A stretch of 32,000 bases of DNA from Candidatus Pelagibacter ubique HTCC1062 (GCF_000012345.1 NC_007205.1:930001-962000); one strand, 5' to 3'; positions 8,594 through 18,343 are shown, numbered from the stretch's first letter. Notes: generated by a model not told the origin, from the sequence alone. Translations and numbers: made by a program.

Positions 8594-9873
8594 TGAATTC
8601 AAAAAATCTTGATTTATCAAAATCTAAAATTCAAATAAATAGAAATACTTCTCTGATTATTGGAATTTTATTTTTTTTCTTAGGTATTTTTGATTTTTGT
8701 TTAAATAATTTTTTAGGTACAAATATTACCTCTTTCTTACCTAGGTTTATTAATTTTTTTACCCCTTTAATCTTTGGGGTAATTGGTCTTCATTTTATTA
8801 GAATTGAATTTTCAGGTATTAAAATTTTAGATAGCCTTAATAAAAATATTAACCCAAGTAATTTTAATGCAGCTTTAAGTTTGTGTATTATTTTTCTTAT
8901 AATATTTTCACTTCCTCCATTATTAAATTGGTTCATTTTTGATGCTAATATTTCTGGTGACACTAAAGAAGCGTGTACTGGTGGTGGCGCTTGTTGGGTT
9001 TATATCAAAGTTTGGTTTAATAGATTTATGTATGGAATGTATCCTAATGCAGAACAATGGAGAATTAATATTACATTTATTGCTGTATTATCCTTTATGG
9101 CAGCTGGATTTTTTGTACCTGCTAAATTTAGAAATTATCTTTCTCTTTATTACACCCTTATATTACCAATTATTTCTTTTATCTTAATCTACTATTTGAT
9201 TTCAGGAGGTTCTTTTGGACTTGAGTGGGTTGAAACAGGTGCGTGGGGTGGCTTATCTTTAACCTTTATAGTTTCTTTTTTCTCTCTAATTTTTTGCTTT
9301 CCAATTGGTATGATGTTGGCTCTTGGTAGAAGATCTGATTTACCGGTTGTTAAATATTCATCTCTTTCATTCATTGAATTTTGGAGAGGTGTTCCTTTAA
9401 TTACAGTTTTATTTATGTCAGCTGTAATGTTTCCAATGTTTTTACCTGATGGAACATATGTAGATAAACTAATTAGAGTTGTTGTAGCAATTACTTTATT
9501 TGAAGCGGCTTATACAGCTGAAGTTATAAGGGGAGGATTACAAGCACTTCCGCGAGGCCAGTATGATGCAGCTAAATCACTTGGTATGGGTTACTGGAAA
9601 CTTCATATTTTTGTTATTCTTCCACAAGCTTTAAAATTAGTAATTCCAGGAATAGCGAATACGTTCTTAGCACTTGTAAAAGATACACCACTAATTTTTG
9701 TAGTAGGTCTTTTAGAGGTAGTTGGTATGTTAAATTTAGCTAAAACTAATCCCGAATGGCTAGGATTTTCGATGGAAGGATATGTATTTGCTGGAATAAT
9801 ATTCTGGATTATTTGTTATAGTATGAGTAAATATAGCCAGAAATTAGAATTAAAATATAAAACAGATAGATAA
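8593..9873 (+). CDS. aapM: Amino acid ABC transporter permease (AapM/YhdY family)
   Basis: Contains AEVIRGGLQALPRGQYDAAKSLGMGYWKLHIFVILPQALK and the characteristic Cys-rich periplasmic loop CTGGGACW. I chose the ATG at 8593 (TAATG overlap with the aapQ stop) rather than the upstream TTG at 8557 given in the track. Confidence 0.88.
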   Translation: MNSKNLDLSKSKIQINRNTSLIIGILFFFLGIFDFCLNNFLGTNITSFLPRFINFFTPLIFGVIGLHFIRIEFSGIKILDSLNKNINPSNFNAALSLCIIFLIIFSLPPLLNWFIFDANISGDTKEACTGGGACWVYIKVWFNRFMYGMYPNAEQWRINITFIAVLSFMAAGFFVPAKFRNYLSLYYTLILPIISFILIYYLISGGSFGLEWVETGAWGGLSLTFIVSFFSLIFCFPIGMMLALGRRSDLPVVKYSSLSFIEFWRGVPLITVLFMSAVMFPMFLPDGTYVDKLIRVVVAITLFEAAYTAEVIRGGLQALPRGQYDAAKSLGMGYWKLHIFVILPQALKLVIPGIANTFLALVKDTPLIFVVGLLEVVGMLNLAKTNPEWLGFSMEGYVFAGIIFWIICYSMSKYSQKLELKYKTDR

Positions 9874-9876
9874 ATT

Positions 9877-10611
9877 ATGTCAGATTCAATTATTCAAATT
9901 CAAAATGTAAACAAGTGGTTTGGGGATTTTCAAGTATTAAAAGAAATAAATCTTGAAGTTAAACCTAAAGAAAAAATCGTTGTGTGTGGACCATCTGGAT
10001 CTGGAAAATCTACACTAATTAGATGTATTAATAGACTAGAAGAGCATCAAAAAGGATCAATCATTGTTGATGGTACTGAAATTTCAGAAGATACAAAAAA
10101 TATAGAACAAGTTAGAGCTGAAGTTGGGATGGTTTTTCAACAATTTAATTTATTTCCTCATTTATCTATTTTAGATAATTGTACGTTAGCTCCAATTTGG
10201 GTAAAAAAAATGCCCAAAAAAGAAGCAGAAAAATTAGCATTAGAACACCTTGAAAGAGTACAAATTTTAGATCAAGCTCAAAAATTCCCAGGTCAATTAT
10301 CGGGTGGACAACAACAAAGAGTTGCTATTGCAAGAGCACTTTGTATGGAACCTAAAATTATGTTATTTGATGAACCTACTTCTGCGTTAGATCCTGAAAT
10401 GATTAAAGAGGTACTAGATGTTATGGTTAATTTAGCAAAACAAGGTATGACAATGATTGTTGTAACTCATGAGATGGGCTTTGCTAAAGAGGTAGCTGAC
10501 CAAATGATATTTATGGATGAAGGAATGATTGTAGAAAAGGCCACTACTAAAGACTTTTTTGCTAATCCTAAAAGTGATCGTACTAAACTTTTCTTAAGCC
10601 AAATTTTATAA
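9877..10611 (+). CDS. aapP: Amino acid ABC transporter ATP-binding protein (AapP/YhdZ family)
   Basis: Walker [11 protein letters not shown]-loop, signature [15 protein letters not shown], Walker [13 protein letters not shown]-loop VTHEM. Confidence 0.95.
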   Translation: MSDSIIQIQNVNKWFGDFQVLKEINLEVKPKEKIVVCGPSGSGKSTLIRCINRLEEHQKGSIIVDGTEISEDTKNIEQVRAEVGMVFQQFNLFPHLSILDNCTLAPIWVKKMPKKEAEKLALEHLERVQILDQAQKFPGQLSGGQQQRVAIARALCMEPKIMLFDEPTSALDPEMIKEVLDVMVNLAKQGMTMIVVTHEMGFAKEVADQMIFMDEGMIVEKATTKDFFANPKSDRTKLFLSQIL

Positions 10612-10785
10612 GTCTTTTTAAAGCTTATAGTTCAACAATTTTATTTTTTCATTTTATATTATAAGTTCTTGACACATTTTGTTATTTTCTACTTAACTTT
10701 ATAAAATAAATAAATTTTTGTGTTGCGATAACAGTCAAAAATTAGTTCAATATGTTTTTAAAAACAAACTTTAAGAGGGGTCTTA

Positions 10786-11157
10786 ATGGAAGATAATTTC
10801 AACAAACATTTAGGTAACAAATTAAAGCTAAGAAGATTAGCTTTAGGTCTCACACAAACAAAAGTAGCAAAAGCAATTAATGTTACATTTCAACAAATTC
10901 AAAAATATGAAAAAGGAACTAATGGAGTTAGCTCAATAAGACTTCTTCAATTAGCAAATTATTTAAAAGTTCCAGTAAATTATTTTTTTGAAGATTTTTC
11001 AGAATATTTAATAAATCTAGAAAGATCTCAAGAAGGTCACATGAATGTAAATTATAATTTTTTAGTTAAATTATATTCTGAACTTAATAACGATCAAAAG
11101 TTAAAGTTTAGTAAATCTTTACAGTCTTCAAATATTGGGATTTCAAAAGCAGTTTAA
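10786..11157 (+). CDS. XRE-family (Cro/CI-type) helix-turn-helix transcriptional regulator
   Basis: The N-terminal HTH_3 pattern is LGNKLKLRRLALGLTQTKVAKAINVTFQQIQKYEKGTNGVSSIRLLQLANYLKVPVNYFF. A strong SD AAGAGGGG lies at 10773..10780. The C-terminal 55 aa are unassigned. Confidence 0.8.
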   Translation: MEDNFNKHLGNKLKLRRLALGLTQTKVAKAINVTFQQIQKYEKGTNGVSSIRLLQLANYLKVPVNYFFEDFSEYLINLERSQEGHMNVNYNFLVKLYSELNNDQKLKFSKSLQSSNIGISKAV

Positions 11158-11231
11158 TTTTTATTAAATTAATGACCCCTATAAATTTTGAAAATCATTT
11201 TTAAAAAAATTTTTTATAATTTCATATTTTA

Positions 11232-12389
11232 ATGAAAAGTTTATTAAAAGTTTTTTTATTATTTATATTATTAAGTGGAAATGCTTTTGCAAAAGTAAAA
11301 TCTAAAGACATTAATTTTCCAGGCAAATATTATACTAAAGAAATTAAGACTTGTTCAGCAATTCCTAAGGATAAATCATTTAGTAATAAATCAACTATTG
11401 ATACCGTTAACAGTGTAGTTGGTTTTGATTGGTCAGCTTACCATGAGAAATATAGTAATTCTATTTTGGTAGAACATGCAGCAATCACGAAACCTATAAA
11501 AGTTATGATTGCAGGAACCCACATGGCTATTGGTGATAAAAATCAAACTAACATCAATATAGCCAAAGGTTTATTATTAGAAATAGCTAAGGCAAATACT
11601 TTATATAACAGCATAAGTTATGAAGAATTAAAAAAAAAAGGAAAGTGTTGGAAAGATAATAACCCCAAAGCTCCTTGTTGGTACCATGAATATGAATTTG
11701 CAGGTCAATGGTTTGGAAATTATATGATTAGTGCAGTAATGCTTAAATCTGAATTGAATAAAGAGGAGTTTAAGATTGTGAATAATTACATTAAAAAAAT
11801 GTACAAAAAGTTCTTAAAACCAATTCAATTTAAAAAAAATGACAAAGGGTTTTATGCAATGGCTAATGGAGGATTATCAACATTAGTTTATGCATCATGG
11901 ACAGAAGATAAAAAACTTGCTGCTAAAGAAATTAATCACACATTAAAACAAATAGACAAACTATTTTATGATGATGGATACATTAACGATAACTCTTTCA
12001 GGGGTCTCAGAGGGCAATGGTACCATTCATATGGAGTTGATATTGCCCTAGGATATATTTATATTGCTGAATTATGGGGAGCTAATGTTCCAAAAAATAT
12101 ACATGAGAAACTATTTAATTCAGTAAAAGTAGTAAATTTAGCGATTACTGATCCTGAAAAGTTTTTAGAAAGAAAAAATCCTAATGGTCTAGCGAGAAAT
12201 AGAATTACAGATCCAAAAAAAGCAACACCTCATACACATCAAATGGCTATAGCTATAGACACTCTTATGGAAATAGTGACAGGTATAAAATTGGAACATG
12301 ATCCGATATACTTACGAAAAAGAAAAATGCATACGCCTGATGGGATAGATGATCTAATTGGTTTCAATCCCAATTGTATAATTCGATAA
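11232..12389 (+). CDS. Secreted/periplasmic hypothetical protein with an alginate-lyase-like (AlgL/PL5-type) sequence pattern
   Basis: Sec signal peptide MKSLLKVFLLFILLSGNAFA-K. A Cys pair (KCWKDNNPKAPCW) suggests an extracytoplasmic disulfide. The segment GFYAMANGGLS...DDGYINDNSFRGLRGQWYHSYGVDIALGYIYIAELWG resembles, from memory, the NNHSYW...dG...E..RG...Y.H...L core of the Alginate_lyase family. No search was run. Confidence 0.4.
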   Translation: MKSLLKVFLLFILLSGNAFAKVKSKDINFPGKYYTKEIKTCSAIPKDKSFSNKSTIDTVNSVVGFDWSAYHEKYSNSILVEHAAITKPIKVMIAGTHMAIGDKNQTNINIAKGLLLEIAKANTLYNSISYEELKKKGKCWKDNNPKAPCWYHEYEFAGQWFGNYMISAVMLKSELNKEEFKIVNNYIKKMYKKFLKPIQFKKNDKGFYAMANGGLSTLVYASWTEDKKLAAKEINHTLKQIDKLFYDDGYINDNSFRGLRGQWYHSYGVDIALGYIYIAELWGANVPKNIHEKLFNSVKVVNLAITDPEKFLERKNPNGLARNRITDPKKATPHTHQMAIAIDTLMEIVTGIKLEHDPIYLRKRKMHTPDGIDDLIGFNPNCIIR

Positions 12390-12408
12390 ATCTAAAAGAT
12401 AAAGATTT

Positions 12409-12484
12409 TGGCTCCTCGGGCAGGACTCGAACCTGCGACCAATTGATTAACAGTCAACTGCTCTACCAACTGAGCTACCGAGGA
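12409..12484 (-). tRNA. tRNA-Asn (anticodon GUU)
   Basis: The reverse complement folds as TCCTCGG-TA-GCTC-AGTTGGTA-GAGC-A-GTTGA-CTGTTAA-TCAAT-TGGTC-GCAGG-TTCGAGT-CCTGC-CCGAGGA-G-CCA. Total 76 nt, CCA encoded. Confidence 0.95.
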
Positions 12485-12536
12485 ATATCAAAAACACAAC
12501 TTACTTTTTTTTAAGAGTAAAACAAGATTTTTTTTT

Positions 12537-12610
12537 TGGAGGCATCGCCCAGAATCGAACTGGGATACAAGGATTTGCAATCCTCTGCGTAACCATTCCG
12601 CCACGATGCC
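12537..12610 (-). tRNA. tRNA-Cys (anticodon GCA)
   Basis: The reverse complement is GGCATCG...GAGGA-TTGCAAA-TCCTT...CCCAG-TTCGATT-CTGGG-CGATGCC-T-CCA. Total 74 nt. The discriminator U73 is as expected for tRNA-Cys. Confidence 0.93.
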
Positions 12611-12738
12611 CTCTCCTCTCAATTTAAATTAAATAGAGAGCCTTTTATATATTAAATATATAAAATTAGTCTACCAAATAAGCCTTCAAAATGATTATTG
12701 TTAATTAATATTATTAAATTATAAACTTATTATCACCT

Positions 12739-15366
12739 ATGAGTAACGATAAATATATACATACAGACGTTGAAGATAAGATTTATTCTTATTGGGAAAA
12801 AAACAATTTATTTAAACCCACTAAAAATAAGAAACAATTTTCAGTGGTTATACCTCCGCCCAATGTAACTGGTAGCCTTCATATGGGTCATGCTTTGAAT
12901 AATTCAATTCAAGATCTTTTGGTTAGATACCACCGTATGAATAATTATGAAACCTTATGGCAACCTGGAACAGATCATGCAGGTATTGCCACACAGGCCT
13001 TAGTTGAGAAAAAATTAACCGCTGATGGTATTGATAAAAATGAAATTGGAAGAGAAAAGTTCATAGAAAAGGTTTGGGAATGGAAGGAAGAACATGGTGA
13101 TATCATTTTAAATCAACTAAAAAAACTAGGTTGCTCTTGTGATTGGTCAAGAAATGCTTTTACAATGGATGAAAACCTTTCAAAATCAGTTTTAAAAGTT
13201 TTTGTAGAGCTTCACAAAAAAGGTTTAATTTATAAAGATAAAAAACTAGTAAACTGGGATACGGTTTTAAAAACAGCAATATCTGATTTAGAAGTGGATC
13301 AAAGAGAAGTTAATTCTAAGATTTACTATATTCAATATCCTATAGAAGCTTCTAGTGATTTTATAACTATAGCAACAACAAGACCTGAAACCATGTTGGG
13401 TGATACAGCGATAGCTGTAAATCCAAAGGATGATCGATTTAAACATTTAGTTGGTAAGTTTGTAACAGTACCAATTGTTGGAAAAAAAATAAAAATTATT
13501 GAAGATGAATATGCTGATCCTGAGATGGGAACGGGTGCTTTAAAGATAACACCAGCACATGATTTTAATGACTATGAAGTGGGACAAAGAAATAATTTAG
13601 AAATCATAAATATTTTTACTGAAGGTGGCAAAGTAAACGAAAACGCTCCTAAAGAATATATTGGACTTGATAGATTTGAAGCTAGAAAAAGAATTATAAA
13701 AGAACTTAAAGAAAAAGAGTTTTTTGTTAAGGAAGAGAACATAAAGAATAAAGTTCCTTATGGGGATAGGTCTAATTCAATAATTGAGCCTTTTTTAACA
13801 GAACAATGGTTTGTCGATGCAAAAAAATTATCAATTAAAGCTAAAGATATAGTTAACTCTAAAAAAACTAATTTTTTTCCTGCTAATTGGTCAAAAACTT
13901 ATTTTCAATGGATGAACAATATTGAGCCATGGTGTATCTCAAGACAGCTTTGGTGGGGACATCAAATACCTGCTTGGTATGGACCAGATAAAAAAATCTT
14001 CGTTGCAATAAATGAAGAAGAAGCAAAATTGGATGCAAAAAAATTCTATAATAAAGATGTAGATTTAATTCGTGACCCAGATGTATTGGATACTTGGTTT
14101 TCATCAGGTCTATGGCCTTTTGCTACATTGGGTTGGCCTGACAATAAAGAATATGTAGATAAATTTTACCCGACATCAGTACTGGTTACAGGGTTTGACA
14201 TTATATTTTTTTGGGTAGCACGCATGATCATGTTTGGAATGGAGTTTCTAGACAAAGAGCCTTTTAAAGATGTTTACGTTCACGCCCTTGTTAAAGACGA
14301 GAAGGGACAAAAAATGTCTAAATCTAAAGGAAACGTAATTAATCCCTTAGACCTAATTGAAAAATATAGTGCAGATGCTTTAAGGTTTACTCTACTGTCA
14401 ATGGCGTCACCCGGAACAGATGTAAAACTTTCTGAAGATAGAGTTAAGGGTTATAGAAATTTTTTAAATAAATTATGGAATGCAAACAATTTTTTAATTA
14501 CCAATAATTGTGATTTTTCTAAAATTGATGAAAAACCAATTTTATCAATTAATATTAACAAATGGATCTATGCTGAACTTATAGAAACTAAAAATAAAAT
14601 TGAAAAAAATCTAAAAGATTACAGGTTTGATGAAGCTGCAAAAAATGCCTATCAATTTACTTGGCACTCTTATTGTGATTGGTATTTAGAGCTATCTAAA
14701 ACAATCCTATTTTCAGAAGATGAAAAGGCAAAAGATGAAGTAAGACAGGTATCAGCTTACGTATTTAAACAGATATTAATATTATTACATCCATTTATTC
14801 CATTTGTGACTGAAGAAATTTGGCTAAATAATAAATTTGATAACACAGGTAAAGACTTTTTAATGTTAGCTAATTGGCCTTCTGGAGAGTTTGAAAGAGA
14901 TACATCCATTAATCAAGTTGAAAAAATTATCAGTATAGTTTCTGAATTAAGATCATTTAAAAATGAATTAAGTGTAAGCCCTGGGTCATTTATAGATATT
15001 TCAATAGAGACAGTTAGTAAAAAAGAACAATCATTTTTTACTGAAAATGAAATTATTCTAAAAAAACTTGGTCGTATCAAAAATTTATATAATAAAGATC
15101 TGGATAAACCAACTGCTACATTGATGGTTTCTGGAGATTTATTCAAAGTGTATTTTGATGAAGATGTCGATTTAGAATTAATTAAAAAAAACTTAACTAC
15201 AAGGCAAAATAAATACCAAGAAGAAATGAATAAAATATCACAAAGATTAGCTAATAAAGGCTTTGTTGATAGAGCACCAAAAGATATTGTTGATCAGGAA
15301 AAAACTAATTATAATAATTTAAAAAATGATGTTGAGAGAATATCGATAACTATAAAGGGTTTATAA
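12739..15366 (+). CDS. valS: Valyl-tRNA synthetase
   Basis: Class I HIGH motif ([14 protein letters not shown]), KMSKS motif present, editing-domain [13 protein letters not shown]-terminal coiled coil; 875 aa. Confidence 0.97.
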   Translation: MSNDKYIHTDVEDKIYSYWEKNNLFKPTKNKKQFSVVIPPPNVTGSLHMGHALNNSIQDLLVRYHRMNNYETLWQPGTDHAGIATQALVEKKLTADGIDKNEIGREKFIEKVWEWKEEHGDIILNQLKKLGCSCDWSRNAFTMDENLSKSVLKVFVELHKKGLIYKDKKLVNWDTVLKTAISDLEVDQREVNSKIYYIQYPIEASSDFITIATTRPETMLGDTAIAVNPKDDRFKHLVGKFVTVPIVGKKIKIIEDEYADPEMGTGALKITPAHDFNDYEVGQRNNLEIINIFTEGGKVNENAPKEYIGLDRFEARKRIIKELKEKEFFVKEENIKNKVPYGDRSNSIIEPFLTEQWFVDAKKLSIKAKDIVNSKKTNFFPANWSKTYFQWMNNIEPWCISRQLWWGHQIPAWYGPDKKIFVAINEEEAKLDAKKFYNKDVDLIRDPDVLDTWFSSGLWPFATLGWPDNKEYVDKFYPTSVLVTGFDIIFFWVARMIMFGMEFLDKEPFKDVYVHALVKDEKGQKMSKSKGNVINPLDLIEKYSADALRFTLLSMASPGTDVKLSEDRVKGYRNFLNKLWNANNFLITNNCDFSKIDEKPILSININKWIYAELIETKNKIEKNLKDYRFDEAAKNAYQFTWHSYCDWYLELSKTILFSEDEKAKDEVRQVSAYVFKQILILLHPFIPFVTEEIWLNNKFDNTGKDFLMLANWPSGEFERDTSINQVEKIISIVSELRSFKNELSVSPGSFIDISIETVSKKEQSFFTENEIILKKLGRIKNLYNKDLDKPTATLMVSGDLFKVYFDEDVDLELIKKNLTTRQNKYQEEMNKISQRLANKGFVDRAPKDIVDQEKTNYNNLKNDVERISITIKGL

Positions 15367-17084
15367 TGGCAAAATTTAATAAAAAAAAATTACCAAGCAG
15401 ACATACTTCATTAGGTGCTGATAGAGCTCCACATAGATCATTTTACTATGCAATGGGTGAAACAGAAAAAGATGTAGCAAAGCCATTTGTTGGTGTTGTG
15501 TCAACTTGGAATGAAGCTGCTCCTTGTAATATTGCTTTAATGAGACAAGCTCAATCTGTCAAAAAAGGCGTTAGAGCTTCAGGTGGAACCCCTAGAGAAT
15601 TTTGTACGATAACAGTAACTGATGGTATTGCCATGGGTCACGAAGGAATGAAGTCATCTTTAATCTCTCGCGAGGTAATTGCTGATTCAACTGAACTTAC
15701 TGTGCGTGGTCATTGTTATGATGCGCTTGTTGGTATTGCTGGTTGTGATAAATCTTTACCTGCCTTAATGATGGCAATGGTTAGATTAAATGTTCCAAGT
15801 GTATTTATTTATGGTGGCTCAATACTTCCAGGTCAATATAAAGGTAAAGATGTAACTGTTGTTGATGTTTTTGAAGCAGTTGGAAAACACTCAGCTGGAA
15901 AAATGTCTGCAAAGGAATTAAGAAAATTAGAGTTAGTTGCTTGCCCAAGTGCAGGTGCATGTGGAGGTCAATTTACTGCAAATACTATGGCCTGCGTTTC
16001 TGAAGCTATTGGTTTAGCATTACCTTATTCAGCTGGAACACCTGCTCCATACGAAGAACGTGATAAGTATGCATTATTAAGTGGCAAGACTGTAATGAAT
16101 TTATTACAAAAAAATATTCGTCCAAGAGACATTGTTACAAAAAAATCTTTAGAAAATGCTGCAACAATTGTAGCGGCTACTGGTGGATCGACAAATGCTG
16201 CTTTACACCTACCAGCTATAGCTAATGAAATTGGAATTAAGTTTGATTTAATGGATGTAGCTAAAATTTTTAAAAAAACTCCATATCTTGCAGATTTAAA
16301 ACCAGGTGGAAAATATGTTGCAAAAGATATGTGGTTAGCTGGTGGAGTACCTATGTTATTAAAAACTCTTTTTGATGGTGGTTTTATACATGGTGATTGC
16401 ATGACTGTTACTGGAAAAACAATGAAACAAAATTTAAAAAATATTAAATTTAATCCTAAGCAAAAAGTATTAAGAGCATATGATAATCCTTTATCACCAG
16501 ATGGCGGTGTTGTAGGTCTTAAAGGTAACTTAGCTCCTGATGGTGGAATTGTTAAAATTGCTGGTTTAAAAAAATTACAATTCACTGGAAAAGCTAGATG
16601 TTTTGATAATGAAGAAGCAGCAATGGCTTGTGTGCAAAAGAAAAAATATAAAGCAGGTGATGTAATTATTATTCGTTACGAAGGACCAGTTGGCGGTCCT
16701 GGTATGAGAGAAATGCTTTCAACAACAGGTGCTATTTATGGTCAAGGTATGGGTGAGAAGGTTGCTCTAATTACAGATGGTAGATTTTCTGGGGCTACAA
16801 GAGGTTTTTGTGTGGGTCATGTTGGCCCTGAGGCGGCCTTAGGCGGCCCTTTAGCTCTTTTACGCAATGGAGATGTAATTGATATAGATGCCAAAAAAGG
16901 GACTATTAACGTTAGATTAACTAAATCACAATTAGCCACAAGACATAAGAAGTGGAAAGCAAAAAAATCAAGCTTTGGATCGGGTACTATTTGGAAATAT
17001 GCTCAAACAGTAGGTCCCGCTTATTTAGGTGCACCAACACATCCCGGTAAAAGAAAAGAAGTAAAAGTTTACGCTGATATTTAA
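15366..17084 (+). CDS. ilvD: Dihydroxy-acid dehydratase
   Basis: ILVD_EDD family motifs: [48 protein letters not shown]. The start overlaps the valS stop (TAATG at 15364..15368). Confidence 0.96.
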   Translation: MAKFNKKKLPSRHTSLGADRAPHRSFYYAMGETEKDVAKPFVGVVSTWNEAAPCNIALMRQAQSVKKGVRASGGTPREFCTITVTDGIAMGHEGMKSSLISREVIADSTELTVRGHCYDALVGIAGCDKSLPALMMAMVRLNVPSVFIYGGSILPGQYKGKDVTVVDVFEAVGKHSAGKMSAKELRKLELVACPSAGACGGQFTANTMACVSEAIGLALPYSAGTPAPYEERDKYALLSGKTVMNLLQKNIRPRDIVTKKSLENAATIVAATGGSTNAALHLPAIANEIGIKFDLMDVAKIFKKTPYLADLKPGGKYVAKDMWLAGGVPMLLKTLFDGGFIHGDCMTVTGKTMKQNLKNIKFNPKQKVLRAYDNPLSPDGGVVGLKGNLAPDGGIVKIAGLKKLQFTGKARCFDNEEAAMACVQKKKYKAGDVIIIRYEGPVGGPGMREMLSTTGAIYGQGMGEKVALITDGRFSGATRGFCVGHVGPEAALGGPLALLRNGDVIDIDAKKGTINVRLTKSQLATRHKKWKAKKSSFGSGTIWKYAQTVGPAYLGAPTHPGKRKEVKVYADI

Positions 17085-18286
17085 TGAAAATTAGACCCGT
17101 TATATTATGTGGCGGAGCAGGAACTAGACTTTGGCCTAATTCTAAAAATCATCAAGCAAAACAATTTATTGATTTTGGTAATTGGACTTTATTAGGAAAA
17201 ACTCTTGAAAGAGTTAAATCTTCGACCTTTGATGTACCGATCATAAGTACAAATCTTAAATATTTAAAAGAGGTAAAAAAACATCTTAAGAAACATAAGA
17301 TAAGTAAATATAAAATTGTTTTAGAACCCGCAAAAAGAAATACAGCACCAGCAATTCTTGCATCAGCATTAATTAAAGATATTCCAAATGAACAACCCTT
17401 AATGTTTTTTGCAGCAGACCACTTAATAGAAAAAGCTAATATTTTTAATAAAGCTATTAATAAAAATAAAACTAATTTAACAGACCAAAATATATTCATC
17501 TTTGGAATTAAACCAACATCTCCATCAAGTGAATATGGTTATTTTTTAACAAAAAAAGTTAAAGGAAATATTAATAAAGTAACAAAATTTATTGAAAAAC
17601 CTAAAGAAGCTAAAGCTAAACAAGTCATTAAACAAAAAGGTTATTGGAATTCTGGTATGTTTTTTTTGAGAAAAGACTCAATAATAAATAACTTTAAGAA
17701 ATACCAACCTACAATGTATAAAAATTGTCTTAATGCTGTTTCAAAAGCTAAACTTAAAGATAACACTTATTATTTAAATAAAGCTTCATTTGAAAAAGCT
17801 ACAGCAAAATCTTTTGATTATGCAATTTTAGAAAAAACCAAACAAATTAATGCTATTAAATTAGACATTCCTTGGTCAGATCTTGGCAGCTGGAAAGAGA
17901 TCTTAAAAATGTATGATAAAAATAAGAATAAATATTATAAGAAAAAAAATGTTTATTACCGGCCTTGGGGTAGGTACGTTAATTTATTCGAAGGTAAAGG
18001 TTTTTTAATCAAAGAACTATTTGTTAAGCCTAAAGGTGTTTTAAGTTTACAAAAACATCATCATCGATCAGAACATTGGTTTGTAACTCAAGGAACACCT
18101 AAAATTACACTTAATAAAGATAGTTTTTTTAGAAAAAAAAATGATCATATATTCATTCCATTAGAAGCAATTCATAGAATTGAAAATAAAGGCACAAAGC
18201 CTGTTAAAATTATTGAAGCACAAGTTGGATCGATATTAAAAGAAGGTGATATTATCAGGTTTCAAGATGTGTATGGTCGTACTTAA
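17084..18286 (+). CDS. manC: Mannose-1-phosphate guanylyltransferase with C-terminal cupin (mannose-6-phosphate isomerase type II-like) domain
   Basis: N-terminal ILCGGAGTRLWP nucleotidyltransferase motif, WSDLGSW, and a C-terminal cupin LSLQKHHHRSEHWFVTQG...HRIEN. At 400 aa it appears shorter than my recollection of typical family members. Confidence 0.85.
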   Translation: MKIRPVILCGGAGTRLWPNSKNHQAKQFIDFGNWTLLGKTLERVKSSTFDVPIISTNLKYLKEVKKHLKKHKISKYKIVLEPAKRNTAPAILASALIKDIPNEQPLMFFAADHLIEKANIFNKAINKNKTNLTDQNIFIFGIKPTSPSSEYGYFLTKKVKGNINKVTKFIEKPKEAKAKQVIKQKGYWNSGMFFLRKDSIINNFKKYQPTMYKNCLNAVSKAKLKDNTYYLNKASFEKATAKSFDYAILEKTKQINAIKLDIPWSDLGSWKEILKMYDKNKNKYYKKKNVYYRPWGRYVNLFEGKGFLIKELFVKPKGVLSLQKHHHRSEHWFVTQGTPKITLNKDSFFRKKNDHIFIPLEAIHRIENKGTKPVKIIEAQVGSILKEGDIIRFQDVYGRT

Positions 18287-18343
18287 TAATATTAATACAG
18301 CTACATAAAGATGTAAGATACAGCTTGTTCTATTCAATTAATC

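Noticed and set aside
10786-11157. The XRE HTH gene as the antitoxin of a toxin-antitoxin pair or as part of a defence system.
   Set aside because: There is no small partner ORF upstream or overlapping downstream. The next gene has a signal peptide and is 385 aa, which is not toxin-like. The regulator has its own strong SD and a 74-nt gap to the next gene.
10612-12610. Integrated mobile element or prophage remnant at tRNA-Asn/tRNA-Cys.
   Set aside because: There is no integrase, transposase, excisionase or phage-like ORF. I found no direct repeat of either tRNA 3' end in 10612..12408. Only the weaker 'possible flexible islet' idea is kept as a finding.
16025-16585. A 186-aa ORF antisense to ilvD. 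Similar antisense or out-of-frame ORFs in the track lie at 84..359, 1332..1757, 2942..3244, 4400..4627, 6485..6703, 7058..7258, 7825..8109, 8939..9187, 9192..9374, 13883..14104 and 14913..15146. Others lie at 17152..17499, 19260..19499, 19841..20065, 26129..26329, 27028..27264, 30955..31212 and 31482..31709.
   Set aside because: Each lies wholly or largely inside a gene whose product carries unmistakable family motifs on the other strand or frame. Their translations are low-complexity, with no motifs, no SD and no start context. The long one in ilvD is explained by the locally higher G/C content, which reduces stop-codon density.
18287-18343. A bidirectional terminator between the convergent manC and the 73-aa ORF.
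   Set aside because: Only a 5-bp A/T stem (TACAT-aaag-ATGTA) and a short direct repeat (TACAGCT) are present. That is too weak to call.
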